A stretch of 64,000 nucleotides of DNA from Antedon mediterranea (taxonomy: Eukaryota; Animalia; Echinodermata), in NCBI RefSeq assembly GCF_964355755.1, contig NC_092679.1, positions 20,257,432 through 20,321,431 of the forward strand, read 5' to 3'. A model generated the notes under the pieces. It worked only from the letters and a program-made list of their open reading frames with translations. It had not been told where the DNA came from and ran no database searches. The position numbers and the translations under genes were made by a program. Position 1 is the first letter of the stretch, and every line of letters starts with the position of its first letter. Positions 1-11,029 of the stretch are shown here, one piece after another.

Positions 1-231
1 TAGGAACAAGATTAACACTATACCGAAAGAAACTTTTTGAAGCTCTAACTGATGTTGGCTCTGATAATTTTCATACTGTTATTAATTCTTACAAACTTAA
101 AGGCCGTAACTTTAAAAATATATGGGATGTTGTTTTCCACCTTGAGAAAGAGGAACTGTTTGATAATACCAAAGAAAAGTGTAAACGGTTTGCAAATCTA
201 CTAAGCAAAAAGTCAAAAAGCAAATTACTAG
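1..231 (+). CDS. Partial exon encoding the second death effector domain (DED) of a kinase-DED family paralog; 5' part is outside the window
   Basis: Frame from position 3 reads GTRLTLYRKKLFEALTDVGSDNF...NIWDVVFHLEKEELFDNTKEKCKRFANLLSKKSKSKLL, colinear with the DED exon at 28837-29350. It has the same phase-1 donor (cta g|gtaat). Confidence 0.8.
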
Positions 232-429
232 GTAATCACTCTTACTTGATGTTTTTTAATTAAAAGAATTATTTCCTAACTGGTGTAGGCATTCAATCAG
301 TACCTGGGGAATGTCCTCTCCTATAATATAGTGAAAATGATTACGTCTTCAAAGTTAATTATTTCAGAAATTAAAGTAGAAAAAGAGGTACTTCAGACAG
401 AAAATGACCTTGGTGTATTTCCTGATTAC

Positions 430-630
430 GTAATTTCCGCCAGGTGTTTCTAATGAAGGTCGTTCATTTCCTGTTATTGTAATAGTTATGTAACTTCCGC
501 CAGGTGTTTCTAATGAAGGTCGTTCTTTTCCTGTTATTGTAATAGTTATGTAATTTCCGCCAGGTGTTTCTAATGAAGGTCGTTCTTTTCCTGGTTTCGT
601 ACTAGTTATGTAATTTCCGCCAGGTGTTTC
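430..630. repeat. Subterminal 60-bp tandem repeat (~3.3 units), mirrored at ~13754-13954
   Basis: gtaatttccgccaggtgtttctaatgaaggtcgttc...tagttat recurs at a 60-nt period on consecutive lines. Confidence 0.95.
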
Positions 631-801
631 TTTGTCTCTTATTTATTATTTTTTCGGCGCGAGGTTCTGGTACGTGGTGAGTGACGTCATTACTTTATTT
701 ATGATTTAAGACGGTGAAACAAAGTGAAGCGGTTATTGTTGTACTATTCTCCAGTTGTTTTGTCTATTTTTGCGTAGAGTATCTCTTTACAGTATTTTAT
801 T

Positions 802-1356
802 ATGTCTGGAAGTATATATTTTTCGCAAGGGAGTTGTGAAGATACTGTTATAATAATTAGCGATGACGAGGAGACTGTTGTTGTTCCAGGCAGTGATATA
901 GATGATCGTTACACGGAGGCCGAAGAGGTTATCCCCGTCGGTATAGATGAAGGAGTCGAGAGGAATAACAGGCCTACAAGTTGTATATTCACGTACGTGG
1001 ACGAGGTGGAGAGAGAATTTTTGTTGAAAATGGAGCGTTTGGTTAAACAATTGTTTGCTGCTCAAGTGTTAGCCAAGTGTTGGGTTTTAAGTAAAGCGGC
1101 ATGTTATGGTTGTGAATTTGACAGGAGCAGTCAAAAAGATCATGATTTCTGTTGTATGAAGTCTCTAGAAGAACAGATTGACTATTTTTATCGGGAGGTT
1201 CTGGATAAGAAGTATGTTTCAGTCGATACCGTTTACAACGAACTAAATATGCACGGGGAATATTCATTGCCTCGGTATAGACATTTCGTTTATTTTCTTG
1301 TCAATACCCTGATTAATTCAGAGACTATTTTTAAGCTGTTGTGCGAGGATATTTAA
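802..1356 (+). CDS. 184-aa element-borne protein with acidic N-terminus, SIM-like motif and Cys/His cluster
   Basis: Intact ORF with the same protein in both arms; motifs VIIISDDEE and CYGCEFDRSSQKDHDFCC. Confidence 0.7.
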   Translation: MSGSIYFSQGSCEDTVIIISDDEETVVVPGSDIDDRYTEAEEVIPVGIDEGVERNNRPTSCIFTYVDEVEREFLLKMERLVKQLFAAQVLAKCWVLSKAACYGCEFDRSSQKDHDFCCMKSLEEQIDYFYREVLDKKYVSVDTVYNELNMHGEYSLPRYRHFVYFLVNTLINSETIFKLLCEDI

Positions 1357-1515
1357 ATTGTGTTTCGCACGTGTCACGGAAACGATTGACCGGAAATAAC
1401 AATCATTATCTTTTTAATTACTGTACTGGGCTACTTCCCTACTGAGCTGCATATATATCCTGACTCAAGCGTAATCGTTCGTTTCACTCTCTGTAACTCT
1501 CTACAGTCTATAAAC

Positions 1516-3354
1516 ATGAGTTTCAACTGTTTACCTACTCCGAAATTAGCAATTGGTGAGAAAGCCCGTAGGACTATGAAAAGAGTTATGGGGAGTTCTA
1601 ATGGTCAAGCTGACGAGTGTAGCAGTTTAAAATTACCAACGATGGCTTCTACATCAGCGAATATAATGGATTCTATAAAATCTTTTAACGGTCAAACAGA
1701 TGAGTGTAAAGGTTTGAGTAAAGCCTCAGGAATGAGCGCCCGAGATTTTGCCGTAATGACCGATGGTGTACCAAAGATTTCCATAACTTCAAAGAATCGG
1801 ATTTTCTTGTCTGAAAAACGCCATGTAGTGGCCCAACGATGGGGTGACGATGTTTATGTTTGTCTCAGAGAGTATTACCAAACGGAAGAATATGGTGCCT
1901 TCAAACCTGGACCTCTAGGTATTAATTTACCCGTTCTGCTGTGGCAAAAACTTTTCAACAATATTGATTTAATTATTCAGGCACTGGAAGACTTACAAAG
2001 AGACATTAACATGGTGGAGGCAGTAAGAATCCCACTTTCGGACATAATTCATGTGGTAGTTAGTAACTGGAAAGAAGAACAATTTGTGTGTATTCGCCGC
2101 TATTACCAGTCAGAAGAAGGAGGCAAGTTTAAACCCGGTAAAAAAGGTGTAAACCTTCCAAAGAGTCAGTGGTTCAAGATAATTGAAAAACACGGTGAAA
2201 TACAAAAGATGATTGAGGAGGTTGGTAATGATAATGCGGCTACTGTTGAAGCGGGTGTTGACAAAAACGGTAATGGAGGACGTTTATTCAATTCAGAACA
2301 TCAATTGCTACCTCCTGATAAGTTATCGGTGCAAAAGATAATAGGGGAAAATTTAGACTGTGATTACCTTCAACTTCTTGATAAAGGAGCAGCCGATACC
2401 TTGTTTAAAAGATGTGAGGAAGAGATTGACTATTTTACCGGTGATCTTGCAAAGGTGAAAGTGTACGGAAAGTGGTTTAATATTTCTAGAAAACAGGTTA
2501 GTTCCATTATGTTTTTATCCGTGGTTTTGTATTAATGACTTGTTAATTACTTGTATATCGTTTCCTTTGTTTTTCTTTATTTACCGCTGTGTAGCTATAG
2601 GTGTAATTTACTCTTTTACTGTAAATTATTTTATTTAGGCGTGTTCATTTACATCTCACCAAATAATAAATGACTTTCTTTGTATGGTTTCCTCTCTGCA
2701 GGTTTCGTTTGGCGATTCGGGCTTAACTTACAAATATTCAGGCAATACAGTACCAGCTTTACCGTGGCCACCATTCCTGAAAGATCTCCGCGACCTTTTA
2801 AAATCGGTTACAGGACATTACTTCAATTTTGTTTTGGTCAACCGGTAAATATTCTTGTTTATTATTTTATTTATTTATTTTATTTATTGATTAAAAGGGT
2901 CCATCGTTTACCTCTAAAACGAATGAACACTATCAGTATTCATACTGGATGATTTCTGCAATTTGCTAGATAAGATTGTTTTAATGGATAATTGGGTTTT
3001 TTTAGTCTCATCTTAAAATATTTTATTTTCTATTGTATTTTGTCGTTACTCTATAGATATGCTACTGGAAGTGATTACATTGGCGAACACAAAGATGATG
3101 AGAAAGACATGAATCAGTTTAGTCCAATCGCCTCTGTATCATTGGGGCAGACACGTATGTTTAGATTTCGACATGGTGATGCGCGAGGTAAGAGTCCCAA
3201 AAGAATCATTGAGCCAGTAACTGTTGATCTTAAACACGGTACATTATTAATGATGAATTATCCCACTAATGAGTACTGGTACCATTCACTGCCTAAAAAT
3301 CAATCCATCAAGCTACCAAGAATAAATCTCACGTTTAGAGATATTAAAAGATGA
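1516..3354 (+). CDS. PC4-PC4-ALKBH2-like fusion, 473 aa; exons 1516-2496, 2702-2844, 3057-3354
   Basis: Two PC4/Sub1-like repeats (VYVCLREYY...FKPGPLGINLP..W and FVCIRRYY...FKPGKKGVNLP..W). GT-AG splicing joins RKQ|VSFGDSGLTYKYSG...FNFVLVNR|YATGSDYIGEHKDDE...WYHSLP...RINLTFR, which resembles ALKBH2 and keeps HxD, the distal H and the RxxxxxR motif. Total 1422 nt, in frame. Confidence 0.9.
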
Positions 3355-6300
3355 GAGAAATGTTATGCAAACATTACAGTCTTTAATAGTGATTGCAGAT
3401 CTCAAGAATATCAACTGTTCATGATCTGTTCTCATTTAGTATAGTAGTACCAGTTGAATTATTTTTGTGATGATATTCCTAAAAATGGTTGTATTATTGT
3501 ATTGAAGTTAATTCACTTAGATCTAGGCCTAATTCCATTGATCGTTAATAATCATGTGATTGTTTGTCATTGTGTGGATAATGATTAACTTTACGAATAA
3601 TTTCTTAAAAGTAACTTGTAATGTATTTCTAATTGTTAAATACAATTTTTTATGTTTTTAATAAGTGTGTAAGTTTTTCTTTAAAGCGTTTTAATCGTAA
3701 TTTCAAGAGTAATAGGTGCTTGTAACGTTTGAAACGGACTGGTAGATAAAACAAAACAAAAACAAAAACAAAACCCGTTATAATAACACTAATAATAGCA
3801 CATATTTTCGTACATGTATCAATGATTTAACTAAAAAAGTGTGATTAATATTATTACAATAAAGACCATGTAGATCTACGATATTTTTACTGTAAGTGGT
3901 ATTGTAAATCAAATTATGAATTCAATCGTGAGAAATGACCGATATCTGTGTATTATTTTATATTACTTTTATCATAATTGCAACAAAAAAAAACTCAAAG
4001 AAATCATAATTATCGAATACAGAAAGACGTTTTGGTTACCAATTGTATTTCTTGACACTTAACACATTTTAACAGAAAACAAGACCTTCAACCGGAGCCA
4101 AAAATTGAAATTTGTTTACGTGAAGGTTATTGCCATTAGATATTCTTAGAACTACTTTGGTTTTTATAAATATTGTAACTTTTTTCTTAGACGTTTATCT
4201 ACCGAGATTTTTTTTCCTTTTTATGAATCTTCTGCTGTTCCTAAGCATTTTTAATTTTTTACAGGCCTTGTTCTTCGCTTTGCAGGCTAAATCTTATAAC
4301 GGCATAGGCCTGCATTTTAACGGTTCTTTGTAAATATCCTCTTATTGATTGTTAACTATAGTTCTCTGAATGTTTTAATTTACCGTAGATGATGAAAAAA
4401 TCCCTTAATCTAGCACCATTTTATAAAAAAGATTCCGCAGTAAATGGTTTATTTTTTATGGTATTGATGGAATCATCGAGGCACAATATTAGGCTGAAAA
4501 ACATGACGTCACTGTTTTAAACGGTTTATCATACAAGAACAATTAACCAATCACAAAACTGAGCTACTGATTTGCGTAAAAGTTTCTGGAAATGACAAAT
4601 TAAGGAAACACGTACACATTAATAAATATATATTAATTTTTATATAAATAATAGACAAAACAAAAGGAAATACACCAAACAAATCATTTTCGTTATGAAT
4701 TTATAATAACTTTAAATTTCGTCCATCACAGGAGACGCGTTTAGCGTTTTCCAATTGTAAAACAGTTTCGCATTGCGTCGCAACACATGCACATACTGCA
4801 AGTACCGTACCGTACTGTAACAAGTCTACTGATATGTATTTTGTTGGTCACTCATCATTTTAGCCAACACATTATTTAACTCATAAGGTGTAATATCTTT
4901 TCACAAATCCTTTATATCTTTACTTTTTATTGACAACTCATAACAAACAAGAACAGTACTCTGAATGAGTGTGGGAGAGGTGTGTGGGAGTCCCATTCAA
5001 CCAAACCTTGCCAATTTGTACTCGACCTACGATAAAACCATTTTTTAAAAGTCAACATAGCGACACGAGAAAACAATTGATAATAGGGATAAAAAGTTTT
5101 TCTTGCATTGTTATACAGTAACCTATGTTTTTCGGGTGTTTACACCATCTCATTGTTTATAATTACGTTTGTTAATATCGATAGTGTTTCTCTAGCAGAG
5201 TTATATTACTTGTTTATACTCGTATAGTTTGCAGTCCTCCATGTTGTTCGTATATTTTGTAAAAAGTGTACTTATGATTACTTTTAAAAACCAACTCATT
5301 TTATTTGCATTTTATCTACACCTCATGGTTAAAATGTCTTGTTTTTCATAGAGTGTGATGCTGCTTAAAACGTTATACTAGTATAACCACCAAAACGGTT
5401 TATTATCTGTAGGAAATCATCAATTGTAACATGCGGTAAACAATACAAATTAGTTTCACAAATTATTAAAAAATAGCACAATTGTTACAAATGAATTTAA
5501 GAAAATAAAGGTGTACAGATTTTATTTCGAAAAAGTGTAGGCCTAGACCTACAAAGATAATTTTACATGAAGTGTACAGAATAAATTAACAAAAAAAAGG
5601 TCACACATACATTAAACTAATTCTTATAAAAGTGTAGTGTACTTCGGTTATCAGGTATATCAACTTTAGTATTTTAAGTATAGGGCCTATTTGTGGCAAA
5701 CACACGGTCCCTTTTAATTGTGGGTAGAGGCCTTTTGCCGTTCGTAATTCAAACTGTTCGTAAAATTGAAGTTAATATTCTGAGATTAGGCCTATAGCCT
5801 ATGATTGCAGCTTATACTAGTCAACGGTCTAAAAGAGCTGTATTGCAGGATGCGAAACATAAAAGTTCATTAATAAACAGTATATTATAACGATAAAGAA
5901 ACGAATGTACGATACACCAATATAGCAATACAATAACTGATTAACTGAAAACTTGAAGTCTACTGTATTCCTACAATCATTCAAGTAGACATTGTTTGCT
6001 GAGTGTATGGTACTTTCTCCAAAGAGAATTCGAACGATGTGCTTTCGAACGTGTTTCTACGGTTATCAGAACGGGTCGATAATGAAAAAAAAACAAACCA
6101 AAACAAACAAACTGCCTACTAACTCCCAAAAAAAATCAATACCTATAAATAAGCTGAACCTACCCCACTAAATAATCTCTTCCATACATCAAAATCGACC
6201 GAAAATGATCTGGACATTGAAAAGTGGACACGGTCGTCTGTTCTTCTTTTTTGTTTCCACGGCTTGGGACGACATCCCTGTTAGTGATGTACGGTAGCCA

Positions 6301-6703
6301 TGCGGTCTACACACTTATGATGACCACATCGCATAACATGTTCAGGGAACTTATTTTTCAACTCTCTGATACAATATTTAAATACAAGTAGACTGGAAAC
6401 CATTTAGGAACAGGGGTTTCTAATAATAAAAGTTGTTTAAAACTTTAGTTATTGTCAAGGGGAATTGTTCAAGACTTGGAGTAAAAATGGTCAAGACCGG
6501 GGGAAAATGGTCAAGACCGGAAGAAAATTAAATTTCACCATTTTATAAGTTTATAGTCATTTATTGTGTTAAAATTCATTTATTATTAGACCTGTATACG
6601 TATTCAATAACAAAAAATAACTTTGTTACATTAATAACATATCTTTAGTGGTTAAGGTAATATATTATTTCTCTGTATACTGACGTCACAAATATAGATA
6701 AAG

Positions 6704-7003
6704 AGAGACTGTAACTAAATGTTTATTACTTATTAGGGTTACAGGGAGAGTTCCATGCAGCATTAAAAGGTCAATTAATGAGCCACCCAACTTAATTAAT
6801 TAAGTGCCGGTACTTAACAAATGTGCTCAAACTCAATAAGGGTTACAAATCTACAAGAGACTGTAACTAAATGTTTATTACTTATTAGGGTTACAGGGAG
6901 AGTTCCATGCAACATTAAAAGGTCAACTAATGAGCCACCCAACTTAATTAAGTACCGGTACTTAACAAATGTGCTCAAACTCAATAAGGGTTACAAATCT
7001 ACA
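6704..7003. repeat. ~150-bp tandem duplication near the palindrome centre (mirrored ~7380-7679)
   Basis: agagactgtaactaaatgtttattac...ggttacaaatctaca occurs at 6704 and again at 6856. Confidence 0.9.
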
Positions 7004-7158
7004 AAAGAGGATATTTTATTTTAAAACTAGGTTTAATAATTAAAAGGTTAATTACTTGAACTCTGAACATGGGAAAAAAGACTTGTGTCAATTGACACTT
7101 GAACTTGACCTCTATACAAGGACGAATAGACTGTGACAATTAACCATGACCTCTGGTC

Positions 7159-7224
7159 AGCCGTTTTATTGGGGGGGCTCTCAAATTTCGACGAAGTCGA
7201 AAACTGAAACCCCCATGCTTTTGG
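7159..7224. other. Central spacer of the palindrome; imperfect hairpin with a GAA triloop
   Basis: TTTCGAC-GAA-GTCGAAA (7186-7202), flanked by TCA/TGA and by G-run (7171-7177) / C-run (7210-7214) pairing. Confidence 0.85.
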
Positions 7225-10200
7225 GACCAGAGGTCATGGTTAATTGTCACAGTCTATTCGTCCTTGTATAGAGGTCAAGTTCAAGTGTCAATTGACACAA
7301 GTCTTTTTTCCCATGTTCAGAGTTCAAGTAATTAACCTTTTAATTATTAAACCTAGTTTAAAAATAAAATATCCTCTTTTGTAGATTTGTAACCCTTATT
7401 GAGTTTGAGCACATTTGTTAAGTACCGGTACTTAATTAAGTTGGGTGGCTCATTAGTTGACCTTTTAATGTTGCATGGAACTCTCCCTGTAACCCTAATA
7501 AGTAATAAACATTTATTTACAGTCTCTTGTAGATTTGTAACCCTTATTGAGTTTGAGCACATTTGTTAAGTACCGGCACTTAATTAATTAAGTTGGGTGG
7601 CTCATTAATTGACCTTTTAATGCTGCATGGAACTCTCCCTGTAACCCTAATAAGTAATAAACATTTAGTTACAGTCTCTCTTTATCTATATTTGTGACGT
7701 CAGTATACAGAGAAATAATATATTACCTTAACCACTAAAGATATGTTATTAATGTAACAAAGTTATTTTTTGTTATTGAATACGTATACAGGTCTAATAA
7801 TAAATGAATTTTAACACAATAAATGACTATAAACTTATAAAATGGTGAAATTTAATTTTCTTCCGGTCTTGACCATTTTCCCCCGGTCTTGACCATTCTT
7901 ACTCCAAGTCTTGAACAATTCCCCTTGACAATAACTAAAGTTTTAAACAACTTTTATTATTAGAAACCCCTGTTCCTAAATGGTTTCCAGTCTACTTGTA
8001 TTTAAATATTGTATCAGAGAGTTGAAAAATAAGTTCCCTGAACATGTTATGCGATGTGGTCATCATAAGTGTGTAGACCGCATGGCTACCGTACATCACT
8101 AACAGGGATGTCGTCCCAAGCCGTGGAAACAGAAAAGAAGAACAGACGACCGTGTCCACTTTTCAATGTCCAGATCATTTTCGGTCGATTTTGATGTATG
8201 GAAGAGATTATTTAGTGGGGTAGGTTCAGCTTATTTATAGGTATTGATTTTTTTTGGGAGTTAGTAGGCAGTTTGTTTGTTTTGGTTTGTTTTTTTTTCA
8301 TTATCGACCCGTTCTGATAACCGTAGAAACACGTCCGAAAGCACATCGTTCGAATTCTCTTTGGAGAAAGTACCATACACTCAGCAAACAATGTCTACTT
8401 GAATGATTGTAGGAATACAGTAGACTTCAAGTTTTCAGTTAATCAGTTATTGTATTGCTATATTGGTGTATCGTACATTCGTTTCTTTATCGTTATAATA
8501 TACTGTTTATTAATGAACTTTTATGTTTCGCATCCTGCAATACAGCTCTTTTAGACCGTTGACTAGTATAAGCTGCAATCATAGGCTATAGGCCTAATCT
8601 CAGAATATTAACTTCAATTTTACGAACAGTTTGAATTACGAACGGCAAAAGGCCTCTACCCACAATTAAAAGGGACCGTGTGTTTGCCACAAATAGGCCC
8701 TATACTTAAAATACTAAAGTTGATATACCTGATAACCGAAGTACACTACACTTTTATAAGAATTAGTTTAATGTATGTGTGACCTTTTTTTTGTTAATTT
8801 ATTCTGTACACTTCATGTAAAATTATCTTTGTAGGTCTAGGCCTACACTTTTTCGAAATAAAATCTGTACACCTTTATTTTCTTAAATTCATTTGTAACA
8901 ATTGTGCTATTTTTTAATAATTTGTGAAACTAATTTGTATTGTTTACCGCATGTTACAATTGATGATTTCCTACAGATAATAAACCGTTTTGGTGGTTAT
9001 ACTAGTATAACGTTTTAAGCAGCATCACACTCTATGAAAAACAAGACATTTTAACCATGAGGTGTAGATAAAATGCAAATAAAATGAGTTGGTTTTTAAA
9101 AGTAATCATAAGTACACTTTTTACAAAATATACGAACAACATGGAGGACTGCAAACTATACGAGTATAAACAAGTAATATAACTCTGCTAGAGAAACACT
9201 ATCGATATTAACAAACGTAATTATAAACAATGAGATGGTGTAAACACCCGAAAAACATAGGTTACTGTATAACAATGCAAGAAAAACTTTTTATCCCTAT
9301 TATCAATTGTTTTCTCGTGTCGCTATGTTGACTTTTAAAAAATGGTTTTATTGTAGGTCGAGTACAAATTGGCAAGGTTTGGTTGAATGGGACTCCCACA
9401 CACCTCTCCCACACTCATTCAGAGTACTGTTCTTGTTTGTTATGAGTTGTCAATAAAAAGTAAAGATATAAAGGATTTGTGAAAAGATATTACACCTTAT
9501 GAGTTAAATAATGTGTTGGCTAAAATGATGAGTGACCAACAAAATACATATCAGTAGACTTGTTACAGTACGGTACGGTACTTGCAGTATGTGCATGTGT
9601 TGCGACGCAATGCGAAACTGTTTTACAATTGGAAAACGCTAAACGCGTCTCCTGTGATGGACGAAATTTAAAGTTATTATAAATTCATAACGAAAATGAT
9701 TTGTTTGGTGTATTTCCTTTTGTTTTGTCTATTATTTATATAAAAATTAATATATATTTATTAATGTGTACGTGTTTCCTTAATTTGTCATTTCCAGAAA
9801 CTTTTACGCAAATCAGTAGCTCAGTTTTGTGATTGGTTAATTGTTCTTGTATGATAAACCGTTTAAAACAGTGACGTCATGTTTTTCAGCCTAATATTGT
9901 GCCTCGATGATTCCATCAATACCATAAAAAATAAACCATTTACTGCGGAATCTTTTTTATAAAATGGTGCTAGATTAAGGGATTTTTTCATCATCTACGG
10001 TAAATTAAAACATTCAGAGAACTATAGTTAACAATCAATAAGAGGATATTTACAAAGAACCGTTAAAATGTAGGCCTATGCCGTTATAAGATTTAGCCTG
10101 CAAAGCGAAGAACAAGGCCTGTAAAAAATTAAAAATGCTTAGGAACAGCGGAAGATTCATAAAAAGGAAAAAAAAATCTCGGTAGATAAACGTCTAAGAA

Positions 10201-11029
10201 AAAAGTTACAATATTTATAAAAACCAAAGTAGTTCTAAGAATATCTAATGGCAATAACCTTCACGTAAACAAATTTCAATTTTTGGCTCCGGTTGAAGGT
10301 CTTGTTTTCTGTTAAAATGTGTTAAGTGTCAAGAAATACAATTGGTAACCAAAACGTCTTTCTGTATTCGATAATTATGATTTCTTTGAGTTTTTTTTTG
10401 TTGCAATTATGATAAAAGTAATATAAAATAATACACAGATATCGGTCATTTCTCACGATTGAATTCATAATTTGATTTACAATACCACTTACAGTAAAAA
10501 TATCGTAGATCTACATGGTCTTTATTGTAATAATATTAATCACACTTTTTTAGTTAAATCATTGATACATGTACGAAAATATGTGCTATTATTAGTGTTA
10601 TTATAACGGGTTTTGTTTTTGTTTTTGTTTTGTTTTATCTACCAGTCCGTTTCAAACGTTACAAGCACCTATTACTCTTGAAATTACGATTAAAACGCTT
10701 TAAAGAAAAACTTACACACTTATTAAAAACATAAAAAATTGTATTTAACAATTAGAAATACATTACAAGTTACTTTTAAGAAATTATTCGTAAAGTTAAT
10801 CATTATCCACACAATGACAAACAATCACATGATTATTAACGATCAATGGAATTAGGCCTAGATCTAAGTGAATTAACTTCAATACAATAATACAATCATT
10901 TTTAGGAATATCATCACAAAAATAATTCAACTGGTACTACTATACTAAATGAGAACAGATCATGAACAGTTGATATTCTTGAGATCTGCAATCACTATTA
11001 AAGACTGTAATGTTTGCATAACATTTCTC

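Noticed and set aside
430-630. CRISPR-like appearance of regularly spaced repeats (also 42750-43197)
   Set aside because: Units are contiguous tandem copies with no unique spacers, there are no cas genes, and the context is eukaryotic.
2680-2952. 90-aa ORF (and mirror 11432-11704) as a separate gene
   Set aside because: Wrong-frame overlap of ALKBH2 exon 2 plus intron sequence.
4130-4333. Hydrophobic 67-aa ORF or basic antisense peptide in the arm
   Set aside because: Low-complexity T-rich sequence; the frame is broken by an indel in the other arm.
6821-7562. 67/69-aa mirrored ORFs near the centre
   Set aside because: They fall in the 150-bp tandem duplication, their stops differ between arms, and no motif is recognisable.
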